From assembly GCA_000708835.1 (NCBI GenBank), contig DF237287.1:36656-100655 (forward strand): DNA of 64,000 bases. The letters run 5' to 3'. The position numbers and the translations under genes are program-made. The first letter of the stretch is position 1; every line of letters begins with the position of its first letter. The notes under the pieces are model-generated. The model did not search any database, was not told the origin of the DNA, and saw nothing but the letters and a program-made list of their open reading frames with translations. Positions 12,501-25,800 of the stretch are shown here, one piece after another. Source of the stretch: Klebsormidium nitens. Taxonomy: Eukaryota > Plantae > Klebsormidiophyceae.

Positions 12501-15500
12501 CGGCGGACTACATTGACCGGAAGCAGATGGGTACGAAGTGCTGTCTCTTGGGCAACGAGGCTCATGCCGAAGACCGGACCTGGATTCAAACGAAGGGAGC
12601 GCACCGGTGTATCGTCACATGAAGAATCCATTCCGCCTTGCGTTCCCAGCTTTCGCTTTCACTTAGAGACAGGTGCAACCTTATTAAAACAACGGCAAGT
12701 CTTTTTCTTCGCCACTTACAGATAACGTCCTCCCGCGCGAACTGGTCGACGAGGCGGCTGTGCTCGAACTCGAGGCGCGAGTTCCAGTAGACCTGCGCGT
12801 AGTCCAGCTGGAAGCGCGCGCTGTGCTGTTTCACCTCGGTGACGGTGGAGGGATCCCCCGCGAGCACCTCGAAGGTGGGCACGCGGAACTCGTTCTCGAT
12901 GGTGCCCACCTTGTTGAGCACGGTAAGGATGCGCGGGAAGTTCTTCTCTAGAAGCACCTCGCCTGACAGGGGGTAACAAGATGGGTTACCGACTGGGTTG
13001 AAAACGGGGTCATTTTGGTAGTAAACGAATCTGGATATCGGATGAACGGCTGCTTTTAAGGGATTCTTTCTTGACAGTGCCCACTTCGTTGAGGACGGTG
13101 CGGATGCGTGGAGAGTTCCTCTCCGAAAGCACCTCGCCTGGCAGGGGTGGAAACCGAGATGGATTGAGAACGAGGCTTGTTTTGATGTAGAAGAAACTGG
13201 GGACGGCTGCGCCAAGGTGTTCGTCGTCATTCCGTGGCCGATGCACGGGAAGTTACTTCCCCTGAGAATGTCCCTCATTCTGCGTCAACCTTCGGGTCTT
13301 CAGAAGCTCGGCAGCCTAAGATGGGATTCCCAAAGCACCCCGCCTGGCAGGGGGTTGTGGGATGTGTACTGTAAGGTGAGTGCGGGTGAGATACTGTTGT
13401 AAACGATTCGTTAAGGTAATGACACAATGCCCAACTCTTCCAAAGCGCTTTCTTGGCTGCTTGGAAAGAGAGTAACATTATGCCAGGATCACTTGTAAAA
13501 GCTTCAATTGGGCTACTGAAGCTGACGATTCAGGTCGTGAAACAGCTTGAGTCACTCAGCTGTGCTGGCACCAAAGCTCTAATCTTACAGAAAGCTCAAA
13601 AATCGTCCTGCCGAAGCATTTGGCCACTGAGGGAAACACGATCTCAGCTTTATCAAACTATGTGTTATATCGCTTGAACGTGGACATAAGCCAAGCGTTG
13701 CGCAGAACCCGCACCGATTATCCTCCTGTACGGCAGCAGCTCGTCCCTCAGGTTCACGTGGGCCACGTGTCCAATCGTCTCGAACGAGCTCGGCACCTCG
13801 GCTCCCGCAGGAAGAACCTCCTTCAGCACTTGGTCTGCAAAGGGGAGCAGAGACTGGGTCTTGACCCAGAACTGCCGAGACTTTTGAGCTTCCAGCTGGC
13901 AACTTAAGCGCTTATATTGACTGGTCGCACGCAGAAATTCCTTCTTGGTTGAATCATGGCCGCCCCTAAGAAGACCTGCTTAGCTTGCAGGATGCTGGCA
14001 AACAAATGACGACCCTGCTTTAAGGGCACTGCGATTTGATAAAACTTGGTTGACAGTCAATCTTACTTTGTGGAGAGCAATTGGCAAGCCACGGGTTTTA
14101 CCGCAAAGCAACTACCAATGCATCGCCGCACCCCCAGAGGCACAACTTTTTCTTCTTGGCTTTCCAGGCTCGTGAGAAAAGCGAAAGAAGCAAACCGATG
14201 AAAATCTCAGACAACAAAGCAGGTTATGTGTTTACCCGCAGTGTAACTATCGTAGTCGAGCACAACCTCGTGCTGCGTAATCTCCACATCCCGGTCCGCT
14301 TTCAGTTCCGCCGCAACGCTCTCCGGGAGCCCCGCAAGATCCAAACCGCTCACGTTCTCGCCCAGGAGGATGAGCCGCGTTTCTGGTCGGGCCTCTTCCA
14401 CAATCACATTCCGCACTTTTGGGTACTCTGCCTTGAACCTGCGGGTGAATCACGCTTAGCTGTGGTCAGGGCTACGACACTGAGGCCAGCCTTTGAGGGT
14501 CTGTGAGCAGTTCTTTCAACTCAGTATTGTGATCCGCTTGCAATCTAGGCACAGGTATGTTCCCAACCCTCGCAATCCAATTGCCTGAACGTGACAAACA
14601 TGTCGCAAACTTGCGGTGGCCGAGGGTGCATGTGCCCAGAATACTGCAAGGTGGATCACAATCCCGAGGGGCAGTCCAAGCAGGCTGAGCAGCGAGGCGG
14701 CAAACCTCGTCTTACGACTTTCACTGAGATTGTCCATATCTTAGCTACCATCACAAGGACTATCTTTGTACCTCGTGAGTTCTAAACCCTGCAAGGATGC
14801 CCCAAAAGTGCTCATTTGCTCAGATTCTTCATCCATCAGATTCTTGACGGGTCCTATGTCAGGGCACATGCTCCCCTCACATGGGCTGCAAGAATGCAGT
14901 GAAACCCGCCTCCCAGGTGTCGAATGTGCAAGACAACACTTTTGCAGCGCCGTCAGTCGGAAGCGCTTACTTGCTCCGCTTCTTACACGGTTGGTGGCAG
15001 GCCTCCAATTCAGGCACACAACGTAACATACCGGCTCCAACAATGCGAAGTAACTTTCAACCTAGGCGCCAAGATTGTGAACATCTTGCAATATTCACCG
15101 GGCAAAGCAGCCATTCCCCTCACTTGCTCAGCTTTTTGACGAGCTGGTGACACGCCCCCTTGGGAACCCGCAGCGCCTGCACCGTCACTCTCTTCACAAA
15201 CTTGCTGCGGTCCAGCACCACATGGACTTCCTCCACCGATGCCGCACCTCCAGGAGCAGCATTTTGCTCTGGCGCCATCTCGGCCGTCCGCTCCGGAATC
15301 ATCTCAGTCGTCCGTTCCGACGCCACCTCAGCGCCGGCCACGAATGCCATCGCAGTGAAAGGGCGCGTTTGACTCTGTCTCAAGGATCTTGGGCTAAGTG
15401 CTGCGATTCTGAAACTGTTGCACGAGTCCCTTCCGGAATTTTCCAACACGCGCTGTGGTACGTCGGCTGCTCTTGTGCGTACACAGGTTGTCAGTACTGA

Positions 15501-15614
15501 ATCGAATGCGAGCGGAAAAGGTCTGGTGGCGTCAAGGATATGCGCCTTGAGATGAGCAGAACATATGCTTTGGCGGCAGGAGAGGGGGCCTGCCTGCCGA
15601 CAGGCGGTAATCAT
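9525..15614 (-). CDS. TRM5: tRNA (guanine37-N1)-methyltransferase TRM5, multi-exon; in-frame ATGs at 15614 and 15350
   Basis: Exons encode [71 protein letters not shown] (SAM motif I), [47 protein letters not shown]; stop at 9525. Confidence 0.95.
12286..12444. mobile_element. Intronic about 160-bp TIR element, copy 1 (TRM5 intron)
   Basis: Ends TTGGCCGTTAAACCA ... TGGTTAGCGGCCAA are inverted repeats; the element aligns by eye end to end with 21665-21829. Confidence 0.65.
13078..13355 (-). repeat. Degenerate copies of a TRM5 acceptor plus exon start inside the upstream intron
   Basis: 13078-13148 reads ccctgccag|GCGAGGTGCTTTCGGAGAGGAACTCTCCACGCATC versus the real acceptor at 12962, ctgtcag|GCGAGGTGCTTCTAGAGAAGAACTTCCCGCGCATC; fragments recur at about 13241-13262 and 13330-13355. 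Confidence 0.8.
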
Positions 15615-16835
15615 CCGGCGCCAAATGGTGGTGTCGTCCCTTGGCCGCTCAGCTCTTTTCAGAGGCTCTCAGAGGCTCTCCCTCGGAAAACTTGCCCCCC
15701 CTCTGCCCTTGCTGACGTCTTTCTCTGCGGGCATGTCTGGCCCGTCACAAAACAGAATGCAAGGGCAATCCCCTAAGTCCAGAAGCGACAATCTGCTGCA
15801 TTCGGCGTTTGTACAGAGAAATGAGCTGGCGCATGGACACGCCACCTCCAGATTCGCCTGAGTTGCTGTGCAGATTGCACCATGCACAGCTCAAGCGCAG
15901 GGAATACTAGCAAGAAGGATGATCCCCCTGGCGTAACAAACTAGACATGCTGCATGTACGATAATTAAACAATTTGCTGCGGGCTGGCATGCTATCATCT
16001 ATGTCGTCAGGGCTCTCTGCAAGCGGTTCAGCCGTCAGATTAGGTACTCATACAAGTTGCCTGCTGCACTCTTGGGGCATCGGAGCCTTTGAAATTATGC
16101 ATTTGAGCTTCTCCTGTGGCAAATTATTGTGCGGCGCCCAGTCCAGATTCGATGGATATGTTTCCGGCGACCAGGACAATAAATGAGATTCGAGAGTCGA
16201 GACTCTAAATTTGAATCTGCGAATGGAAGGATAATACAGATTATACAGTCTGCCTCCGAGTCGGCCTTTCAGTTCAATTTGCCTCAAAATTTAAATACCC
16301 CACTTGACCGGTACCAAAGCGCTTATACCTGCTTTCTCATCATAGCCTATGAAATCAGTCGCCGTGCAAGCGAAGACCAGTCTGACATGTCTGACACAGG
16401 ACAGATAGTGATGTCAAGCATGCCAATGGCGCCCATGCAGCCTCATGCAGTGAAGTGAGGCTGAATTTCGACAGCGACTTCTGCCAAGGTGGGCAATGGC
16501 GGTGATCGCGCCCTCCACTGTCGACAAATGAATCCGAGAGAGGAGAATGGTGGTACTACCTAACCTGGTCCTGGTAGAAATTGGCGGGCGAGGAGGAAAC
16601 ACGGATAAGAAGACAGGGGCATTGCGCCGCAGGGCTGCACCACTACTGCAGCACCAACTTTGCATTGGCGGTCGGCGCTTGCAATATCATTTCTCAATAT
16701 CAGCTGCTGCTTGCACTAGTCTCCGTTCCTTTGCAGCATGGGGGCTGCCATTCGTAGCAGCTAGCTGGCCACGCCCCTTTTCTTACTGAGCTGAGCAGCC
16801 CACTGAAACCTGCACCGCATCTCCCCCCCCTAAAG

Positions 16836-19800
16836 ATGGCGGACGACCTCAAGAGCCCCTTGCTGGGCAGCTTTGGCAGCAGCAACGGGCACCCCCCCCC
16901 AGCACAGGTGGGGGTGGAGCACGGGCATATCATCAGTCGGGGCGTGTCCCCCCGGGGACAAAACGACTCCCCCCAGGGGTTTCACAATCAGGCAGACTTG
17001 ACGGGCGCCGAATACAGCAGCGGCGACGGGGGCTCGCCGCGCCCCGAGTACTTTGGAAACGTGGGGGTGCAGACAGAGGATCTCAAAGAGGTGCCGGACT
17101 TGGAGAACGGGGAGTGCGAGGTGAAAGTGACGACTGGGCCGGCGTCGGTGGGGCCGATCATCGAGAGCCTGGATTACGAGATCAACGAGAACCAGATCTA
17201 TAAGGAGCACCGGGTGAGTTGCTGGTCAACTTTGATAAATTCTATGGTGTGCTTAAAATTTGGGTTGCATTGTTTGTTCTGGGGAACGAAGGCTTTTGGG
17301 CTCAAATCTCAGTAATTTCAAGGGTGTTTTGCTGCGGACTATCATGGTCTGAATTGGAAGCTTGGGTCCTTGAAAGGTAATTGCTGCATTGCCCAATTGC
17401 ATCAGCATCCGCTGGTCGCTCTGTGGCTTCTAAGCAGTGTTGCGGAATGGGCAACATGATGCATCGCAACGAGCCCATCTAATTTTGCTCAGGACTTGAT
17501 TGTTGAACGCTTTATCGATCAGTGAAAGGTTTTTATTACTATGAGCTTTCGCCGCTTTTGTTTGGACCTTTGCGGGCGCTACTGCCTGCGTTTGCATCCA
17601 ATTCCTTGCTGTAGCGCCAAATGCAATGCTGCGTCCGTTGGGCTTGACTGTCGAGCTCCTGATACGCCCTCGCCTAGTTTCAGTAGTGGGCATACCGGGT
17701 CACTCACTCGCTTGCACCGTTGCTATTCCAGTTCTCGGCAATTCCGCTGCAAGACAATGCCACCATTCCCTTTTTAACACACGCCCTTGAGTTGCTATTT
17801 GACCTTAACCTACCCGGATGCCAACTTGATGTCGTTGGAGGGCTACTTTTGCTTCCCTCCTTCTTAAAGTTTTGAAGAGTCAATCGCTTTGATATCAAAG
17901 CTCTGATCCCAAAAGGCTGCTATTGAAACGGTTTTGTTCGGAATTGCTACCTTTTGAAGACTGCTTTTCAAGTCGCTAGGGACTGCCCAACAGTCTCTTC
18001 CACCCCTCCATCTTGCTCAGAGACCACTGTTACTCTAGATGCCTTTGTTTGATAACTGAGTTTGACTTTTGAAACGAGCAGAGTGCCTTGTTCTTGAAGT
18101 CTGGCCTACTGTACCCCTTATGTCCTTTCCAAATGTCGCACCTCAGGTATGCCATGCGGCCCTCAGGTATGCCCTTGTCCCCTTCTGGCTCTGGTTTTCT
18201 GGACAGTTGAAGGCCTGTCCCTTTCAATCATGCATCATGGGCTACCTGCTCAAACATGCCAATTGCCACAGCGAGTTGTCAAAGGGCTTGCCCCAAAGGT
18301 GTCCGCACCAGGGGAGAAGATTGACAAGAGAATCTTAATAACCATATCCATTCTCCTCAAAAATGTTGACGTGTCCCGCTTTCTACTGAAGTGCTGCGCT
18401 TGAGTTCACCCCCACCCTAGGGTCAGTTTTGCCTCTCTTCTTGCTCCAAATGTTTTTGCTCCCCCCCCCCTTGATTCTCACACTCCCGGCTCCCCCCCCT
18501 CGAACTCTCACACTCTTGGTCCCCTCCCCTCGAATTCTCACACTCTCGGTCCCCCCCCCTTGAATTCTCACNNNNNNNNNNNNNNNNNNNNNNNNNNNNN
18601 NNNNNNNNNNNNNNNNCGTTCTCCTACTACCTCCTACCGTCCCCCCCGTTCCTAACTTCTCACACTCTCCGCCTCCCCCCCTACCTCCGAACTTCTACAC
18701 GTCCTCCGACCCCCCCCCTCGAATTCTCACACTCTCGGGCCCCCCCTCGAATCCTCACACTCTCGGGTCCCCCCCCTACAGGACCGTGTCGCAGGCTACC
18801 GCTGGCAGTACGTCCTCCTCAAGTGGCTGTTTGCGTTCATCATCGGCCTCGGCACCGCGCTCACCGCTTTCGCGATCAACCTCGGCGTCGAGAACGCGGC
18901 GGGCGCCAAGTTCATCCTCCTCTTCAAGTTTATGCGCGAGGGCCGCGTGTGGTTATCCTTCGTGGTTTACACGCTGGTCAACTTCGGGTTAGTGTTGACC
19001 TCGTCGCTCCTGGTGGCATATGTGGCGCCCGCCGCGGCGGGCTCGGGGATCCCCGAGGTGAAGAGCTACCTGAATGGGAACGACATCCCCGAGATCCTGA
19101 GCCTGCGCACGTTGGGGACTAAGGTGGGTAAGACTGTTACGTTTGGGATCTCGTGAAGGCTAGATCTTTTCTCTGCCCCGGGTCTGCCTCTTTCAGATTT
19201 CCTACGAGATCGCGGGCTGCGAGGTCAATTGCTAGAAAGTCTCGCCATAAATGCCTAGGGTAGTAATATCAATACAAATAGCGTAGTATTTAATTCATCT
19301 GTATCTGAGGCGAAGAGCTGCCCAAAGAGGAATATATTACTCAAGTGATGCTGAGCCTGTGCATGTGCGCGAACCAAGGTGGGTGGCTTTTGAAAGTTTG
19401 GAGGTTTGAGGGTTTGAGGGGTACAGAAGTTATGAAGGATTTGAGTGTGCAGAATATGAGTTCCAAGTCGTGAAGTTATTGGACAAGCACAATTGCAAAC
19501 AGCTTAGAATCCAGTGAACGTACAAGAAGCAACCACCACATACGAAATCGCTTGATCAGTGGACTGGTATTTCGGCAGTGGTTGCTTTTGCCCAAAGAGA
19601 GATCTGCACCAATCGTTTTATGGGTGACACTAGATCGAAATTGAAGACGAGAGCGTTGTAAGCAAGTAGGCGACTTTCTTTGCCGGCAGATTGTGGGCAG
19701 CGTTGGGAGCGTTGGCGGTGGGTTGGCTGTGGGAAAGGAGGGCCCGTTGGTGCACACCGGAGCGGGCATTGCGGCGCTGCTGGGCCAGGGGGGGTCCACG

Positions 19801-22800
19801 AAATGGGGGATGACGTGGGGGTGGCTCCGCCTGTTCAAGTAAGGCCTTGGTCCAAGCTGGATCCCGCTCGTGGTTGTAAGGGCGGGTTATGGTTGTAGTA
19901 TTGGATGGCAACGGGCTTCCTTGTGGAAGAGGTTTTTGTGGAATGATTCGTTGTTACTACGTTGCCTATTGTGTTCTTTAAGCACAGAATAAGTTCCCTG
20001 TCGACTAGTAGAGATCCAGGGATCCGTCATTGGCCCTATTTGGTGGTCCTGATTGGATGGAGCCCAGAACACCTTGGACTCAGCATCCCACATCTTCGAA
20101 AGGTGGCTCCAGTTCATGGACTTCATACTTGCTTCCGATATGCCGATCTATCCAACTCAATCCTCAGTACACGAAATGCAGCGGTTTTGGCGCCAGGGCC
20201 GCACGCGGAAGGATTTGATCAAGTTAGTCAGGACCTTCTGATTTGTAACGGGTCATTGGTTTTCATGGTTTTTGCTATCGCTGCTACTGCGCGGCTGGAA
20301 TCAAAAAGGTGTCTCCGCTTACGCAGCACGCTTCCAGAAGCCTCCCGAATCCGCGACAACCGGCCCGTCAGTGTACTCGAACCACTTCCAGCATGAGTCC
20401 CTTCTCTCGACGCAGTCCTTCTCCCTGAAGTCTTTCGGTCGTCTTCGGATCAGCGGTACTTCGACTTTGCAGTAGCAGTTGATTTGACTCGTTGAATATC
20501 GATTACCCATTCGGTTTTATACTCGAATATCTCCCGCTAACTATGAATCGTGTACATTCATTGTATATGCACACGAGAATAACGTGCGAATCATTTTATT
20601 GCTTTCTTTCAAAATCACGTACAAGGGAATCGTACGTAGGAAAATAAAGAAAGTTCCGGGCCCCTGATTATAAATTTCTGTTCTCCCCCCCCCCTCCAAA
20701 ACAGGAACGATCGCGATCGTCGGGATCTAGTCACCTGCGGCGCCGCTGCGGGCGTTGCTGCGGCGTTCCGTGCGCCCATTGGGGGAGTGCTCTTCGCGAT
20801 GGAGGAGGCTGCCAGCTGGCTGTCGAGTCACCTGCTGTGGCGCGTCTTCTTCACGACTGCGGTCGTGTCAGTGACTATCAAGGCGGCCATGGGCTGGTGA
20901 GAGGGGGCGAAGTTCCTTGATACTCTTACTCTTTGGGGTTTGAAACTTGGGTGACTTTGAGGAAGACTACAGAAGGAGAGATCTGGTGGATGTTGAAGAC
21001 AACTCGGCTGAGAGAATCTGACGACTGGCGCTAGAAGACGGGTTCGGTTTTTTGGCCCTAGGAGGCATTCACCGCTGTGCATAGCGCGTTCCGTGGTTTT
21101 CACCGTCGGAAGTAGCCACTCTCGGGTTTGTTGTCATACTGCTCTCCTAATCAGTCAGCGGCAAACCCCAAGACAAGTGCTCATACGACGGCCAGGTCCT
21201 ACCTGAACGTTGGGGTCTGATACAAGCAGGCCCGACCTTTTTGCTTCTTTGTTTTTGCACGAGCGAAGCCACCCGTTCAATGACCATAGCTTGAAGCACT
21301 GCCCTTTTCCTCCCAAATGCTCCTAACCCAACCCGCTCTCTGACCCGCTCGCCAAGCGCCGATAAACCCGCCACTAACCTGCCCACTAACTTCTCACCAC
21401 TCGCCGCCCCTTAAGTTCCTTACTAACCCGCCTCCTTAACCCTCCCCCCTCCCTCAGGTGCTCCAAGCCAGGCGCATGCGGGTTGTTTGGCGCGGGCGGC
21501 TTCATTCTCTTCAGTGAGCCCACGGCGCGACATGGGTACACTTTCTTCGAGCTGTTGCCGACAGCTGTCATCGGGGTCACGGGAGGGCTGCTCGGGGCGC
21601 TGTTCAATACGCTCAACTGCAAAGTGACCAAATGGCGCCGGAACGTGAGTGCTCGGTTCACAGGAGTTTTTGGCCGTTAACCATGGGTGGTTAGGGGCTC
21701 TTTATGGCTGGTCAGAGACTGGTTACCAAACTTGGGCTTCAACCAGCCCCGGAACAAGGTCAAAGCCGGGTTACTTGTCCAGTAACCTGAGTCTCAGTCT
21801 GGTGACCAGCCTGGTTAGGAGCCAAAACTTGCTGTGGTGGTAGCTGTTCGCGTCGGACGTCGACCTTCAGTAACGATCTTGGACGGTTGAAGCATCCAGT
21901 GTCGTTTATCGAAACGGTCTGACAGCGTGCACTCGGCGAGCTTTTGAAGGCGGCGTTTGCATCGCACTGCTTTACAAGCCCTTTTCAGCCTTCGTTTCCG
22001 AGCTCAAGCGGACAGAGTGATGTAGGAAACATTGGCCTTCAAAAATGGCTAGTCCGACGCAAACGGCTGATGCTGTGAGGTGACTCGCTTCGAACTCGCT
22101 CCCGGATGTCTGTCTGCAACTTGGAACGGGTGTTATAAGAACACAATACGCGATTCAAAGTGCCTACGATCTTTTGGATGTCACGAATTTTGCCCACAGT
22201 GCGCTTCTGTACCGTTGCTGCAAAATATGAGTCTCATAAAGGATCGCGAGCAGCGGAAACCTGAAGTCATTTGGACCTCGCTTAGGGAGCATTCTTAAGG
22301 GACGATTCATTGGATTTGGACGATACTCGTGAAGATTTCAGCCTTCTTAAAATCTAAGGCCGTTAGTCTTTCTGGTCTTGGCTGTTGTCGGGGCGTCGTG
22401 GGACCTGTTATTGAGGCCTCTCGATTGCAGGACCAATGACCCCGTCATCCCTCCAGCACCCCCTAAGAGCACCAAATTTCCTACAAAATTCCCGCTGTTT
22501 CCGCTTTTGACAGGCTCTCACCTCTCACAACCAAGATGCCTCTGGCGGCTTCCGATCCCTAATTCGCATGAAGAGGCTAGCGCCCTTCTCACATCAGGTT
22601 AACTCGCAGTATTCCGCGATTCCCTCATTTATTGAACCCGAATCCAATTGACATACTCGGGCCCAAGATGCTCTCTTCGACGAAGTGTTCGATAGCTACC
22701 AAAACGCGGAGAGTGTAATTTATCGTTGGCTTCCGCAATCTTCGCACGTTACGCATTGCAGACTGGCCGTGCAACATCTTGGGTGCGAGTTTAAGGTGCC

Positions 22801-25800
22801 CGAAATAATTCTGCCCCGGTCCTTTCCTGCAGACCCTCGCCCCCCGCGGCAAGCGCTACCAGGTCGCCGAGGCGGCCGTTGTGTCCCTCCTCACCTCCAT
22901 CGTCGGCTTCAGCTTCGCCCTCCTCGGCTACTGCAAAGCGTGCCCCGACCCGGAGACCCACCCCAATGTCACGTGCCCCCGCCGCAGCGGCCACTTCGGC
23001 AACTTCGTCAACTTCAACTGCGCGTCGCAGACCGGCGAGTACAACCCGTTGGCCACGCTGTTTCTCTCCACGAACGACGACGCGATCCGGAACCTGTTCT
23101 CCACGAACACCCCCTTGGAGTACCCCCCCCGCTCGCTGCTCCTCTTCTTCGTCGCGTTCTACTGCCTCGCGATCATCACGTACGGCGTCGCGGTGCCGAG
23201 CGGGCTGTTCGTCCCCGCGATTTTGAGTGGTGCCACGTACGGGCGCCTCATGGGCGTCATGCTGACGCGGCACTTTGGCCCGGAGATGGTGGACGAGGGG
23301 CGCTACGCGCTCATTGGGGCCGCGTCCTTCCTGGGGGGGTCCATGCGCATGACGGTGAGGGGGGTGGAGAGAATTATTGTGTCGTTATTAATCTGATTTT
23401 TGTTTGGGTGGTTCATGCGCATGATGGTGAGGGAGGAGGGGTGCACGGAGGTCGCAGGACTTTACTCGAGATTTTAGAATTTACGCGTCTCGTTCAATCG
23501 ATTGTATTTCTATACTCAACAGAAGAAAAGGTCCGCGCCCTTTTCGCAAATCATGCAATCTGTAAACTTTGCGCACGTGTTGTCGAGGCGTCACAAAACG
23601 ATTTTGCTTGTCACAGATGAAGCTGCTCGTCGTCATTACTATCTGGTCGTGTGTTTGTTGGGACCTTCCTGTGGCACTGTACCCGGGCGTCAACGTGCTA
23701 CGATCAACACTAAAGTTTGCGCCATCTGCGTGACAGTTCCCTGAGCGTGTCCGCTCCTTGGTTGTGCCAGTGTTTGTGCTAGTGAAAAGCTCGCCCTCAA
23801 CGTCCGCTGATCGAAACCATCAATTTCAAAGAAGACGCGCTTTTCAGCACTACAGTCTTGAAACTGTTGACAAACAAAAAGTCAGCTACCCTGCGCGACT
23901 TGGTCTGGAAGAAGGCTTTGACAGGTCTTTGATGATCAGTCGACATCGGATATGCATTTAAGTGGGCCAACCAATTAAAGCGCCACGTGTCCCCTCCAGG
24001 TGTCGTTGTGCGTCATCTTGCTCGAGCTGACGGACCAGCTCAGCCTGCTGCCGCTCGTCATGTTTGTGCTCCTCATCTCCAAGTCCGTTGGCGACAAGTT
24101 CACCAAGGTGAGTTCTCCTTGTACAAAAACGCACACTGGCCAAGATTTGCGAGAAAATTATCTGGAGAGCTGCCTCATTTGGAGCACACCCCGCTGCCTG
24201 AGACTGACGCATCCATATGCATGGTTGTAATATCCCGTTTTTCTGAGCCCATACTACGTCCATGTATAAGTCGACTTGACCCTTTGAAAAGCTGTGCTGA
24301 ACAGCGAAAACAAGGAAACGCGATTCGGAGTTCGCATAAGAGCGAAGTACAAAGTCGGCGTCAGAGCGCCAGCGGAACATGAACACAACGCAAATCCACA
24401 AAAGGAAAGACAATTGCTTCTTGTGGTAGGGCACACATAGACGAACTCACAAATGCCACACTCAAATTACGTTACAGACGCAACCACGTTCTGTCGCAGG
24501 GCATCTATGACGCACACATCCTGCTCAAGAAGGTGCCGTTCCTGGAGGAGAAGCCGGAGCACTACATGCGCAACATTACGGCCTACCAGGCCGCGTCCAA
24601 GAAGGTGCGCCGACGTCTCTTCGTGCTGGCGTTTCTGTTCGCATACAACCCAGAATGGTCCAACTGGTTGTCTGTCCGGAGACAGAGAGTTGCGTTTTCA
24701 AGGTTCTTTCCTATCAAGCGTAGAATGACTGCCTACAGGCTGCCTTGAAAGAGATGGGTTATTGACGAGGTGGGTTATTGACAGATAGACACAAGGATCC
24801 TCTGACTATACTACTGGTCCGAGCTTCCGGTGCTAATCAGCAATTCACTTAGCAATCTACGCATAAGGGAGTGGGGCGGCGGTTTCTGGATTATGTAAGA
24901 GAATTGGTGATCCCTTCATGTTGCGCTCTCTCGTGCTCCTGTGGGAAGTCTTGGTACAAGTGTCTTTGCCGCCGCTCTCTGGAAAGTTTCGCTTCGTTTG
25001 CCGTGCACAGGGTTGGAAAATGGACTTTGGGCAGCATGTTCAGCACCCTTATTAGACCCTTGCGGTGCGCGAGATGTCAAAAACGTCTTGGAATGTCGTT
25101 TCCTAGAACGCGTTGATAAGAATCCGCAGATGCATCCGTCCAACAACACAAGTCTGTGAAGAGGGCCAACCTGTCGTGCCCGGAAACTGTGCCGCAAATT
25201 CGTGTGGCGCCTTGTTTGCGGAGCCAGGGCAGCAGTTGCCAACCTGTTTGGAATCTCAAGTATTGACACTCGTATATATGCCAAGCTCTTGTCCGACCTT
25301 TTCTATGTGCAGTCGGTGACGCTGTCGCGCCTGGAGAAGGTGCGGCGCAGCACGCAGGTCCTCAGCAGCTCAACCCCTGCGGAAGTTTGAGAATAGACTC
25401 GTGACTATTTCATATCAACCAACGATTGAAAGGATCTATTCACCGAAGATCAGAATAAGTTCAACCATTTTTCTCGCAGTTGGTGACGCTGTTGCGCGTG
25501 GAGAAGGTGCGGCGCATCATGCAGGTCCTCAGCAGCTAGTGTCATCTCGTGCGAGAGATTGAGAATTGACTTCGTAGATTGTTGAGATCCTCTGACGAAT
25601 TGAAGATGAAACAAACTCTAATCACCCTTTGTGTCCGCAGTTGGTGACGCTGTCACGCGTGGAGAAGGTGTGGCGCATATCGCAGGTCCTCAGCAGCCAT
25701 TGCCAACCCGTGCGAAAGTTTGAAATTGGACATCTTATAGACCTCAAAAGCTCATGTTTCATCCACTCTTCTACACTTAGCTGATATCCGACCTTTTCTC

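Noticed and set aside
12586-13278. 230-aa ORF as a standalone gene
   Set aside because: It is one TRM5 exon (12720-12962) plus intron read-through, including the echo copies.
15900-16800. Short ORFs between TRM5 and CLC
   Set aside because: No recognisable motifs, codon bias or splice-compatible partners; likely promoter/UTR.
22685-23620. Long alternative-frame and antisense ORFs over GC-rich exons (also 61664-62173, 12716-12979, 55619-56098)
   Set aside because: Shadow ORFs caused by high GC3; the real frame matches CLC, CPL1 or TRM5.
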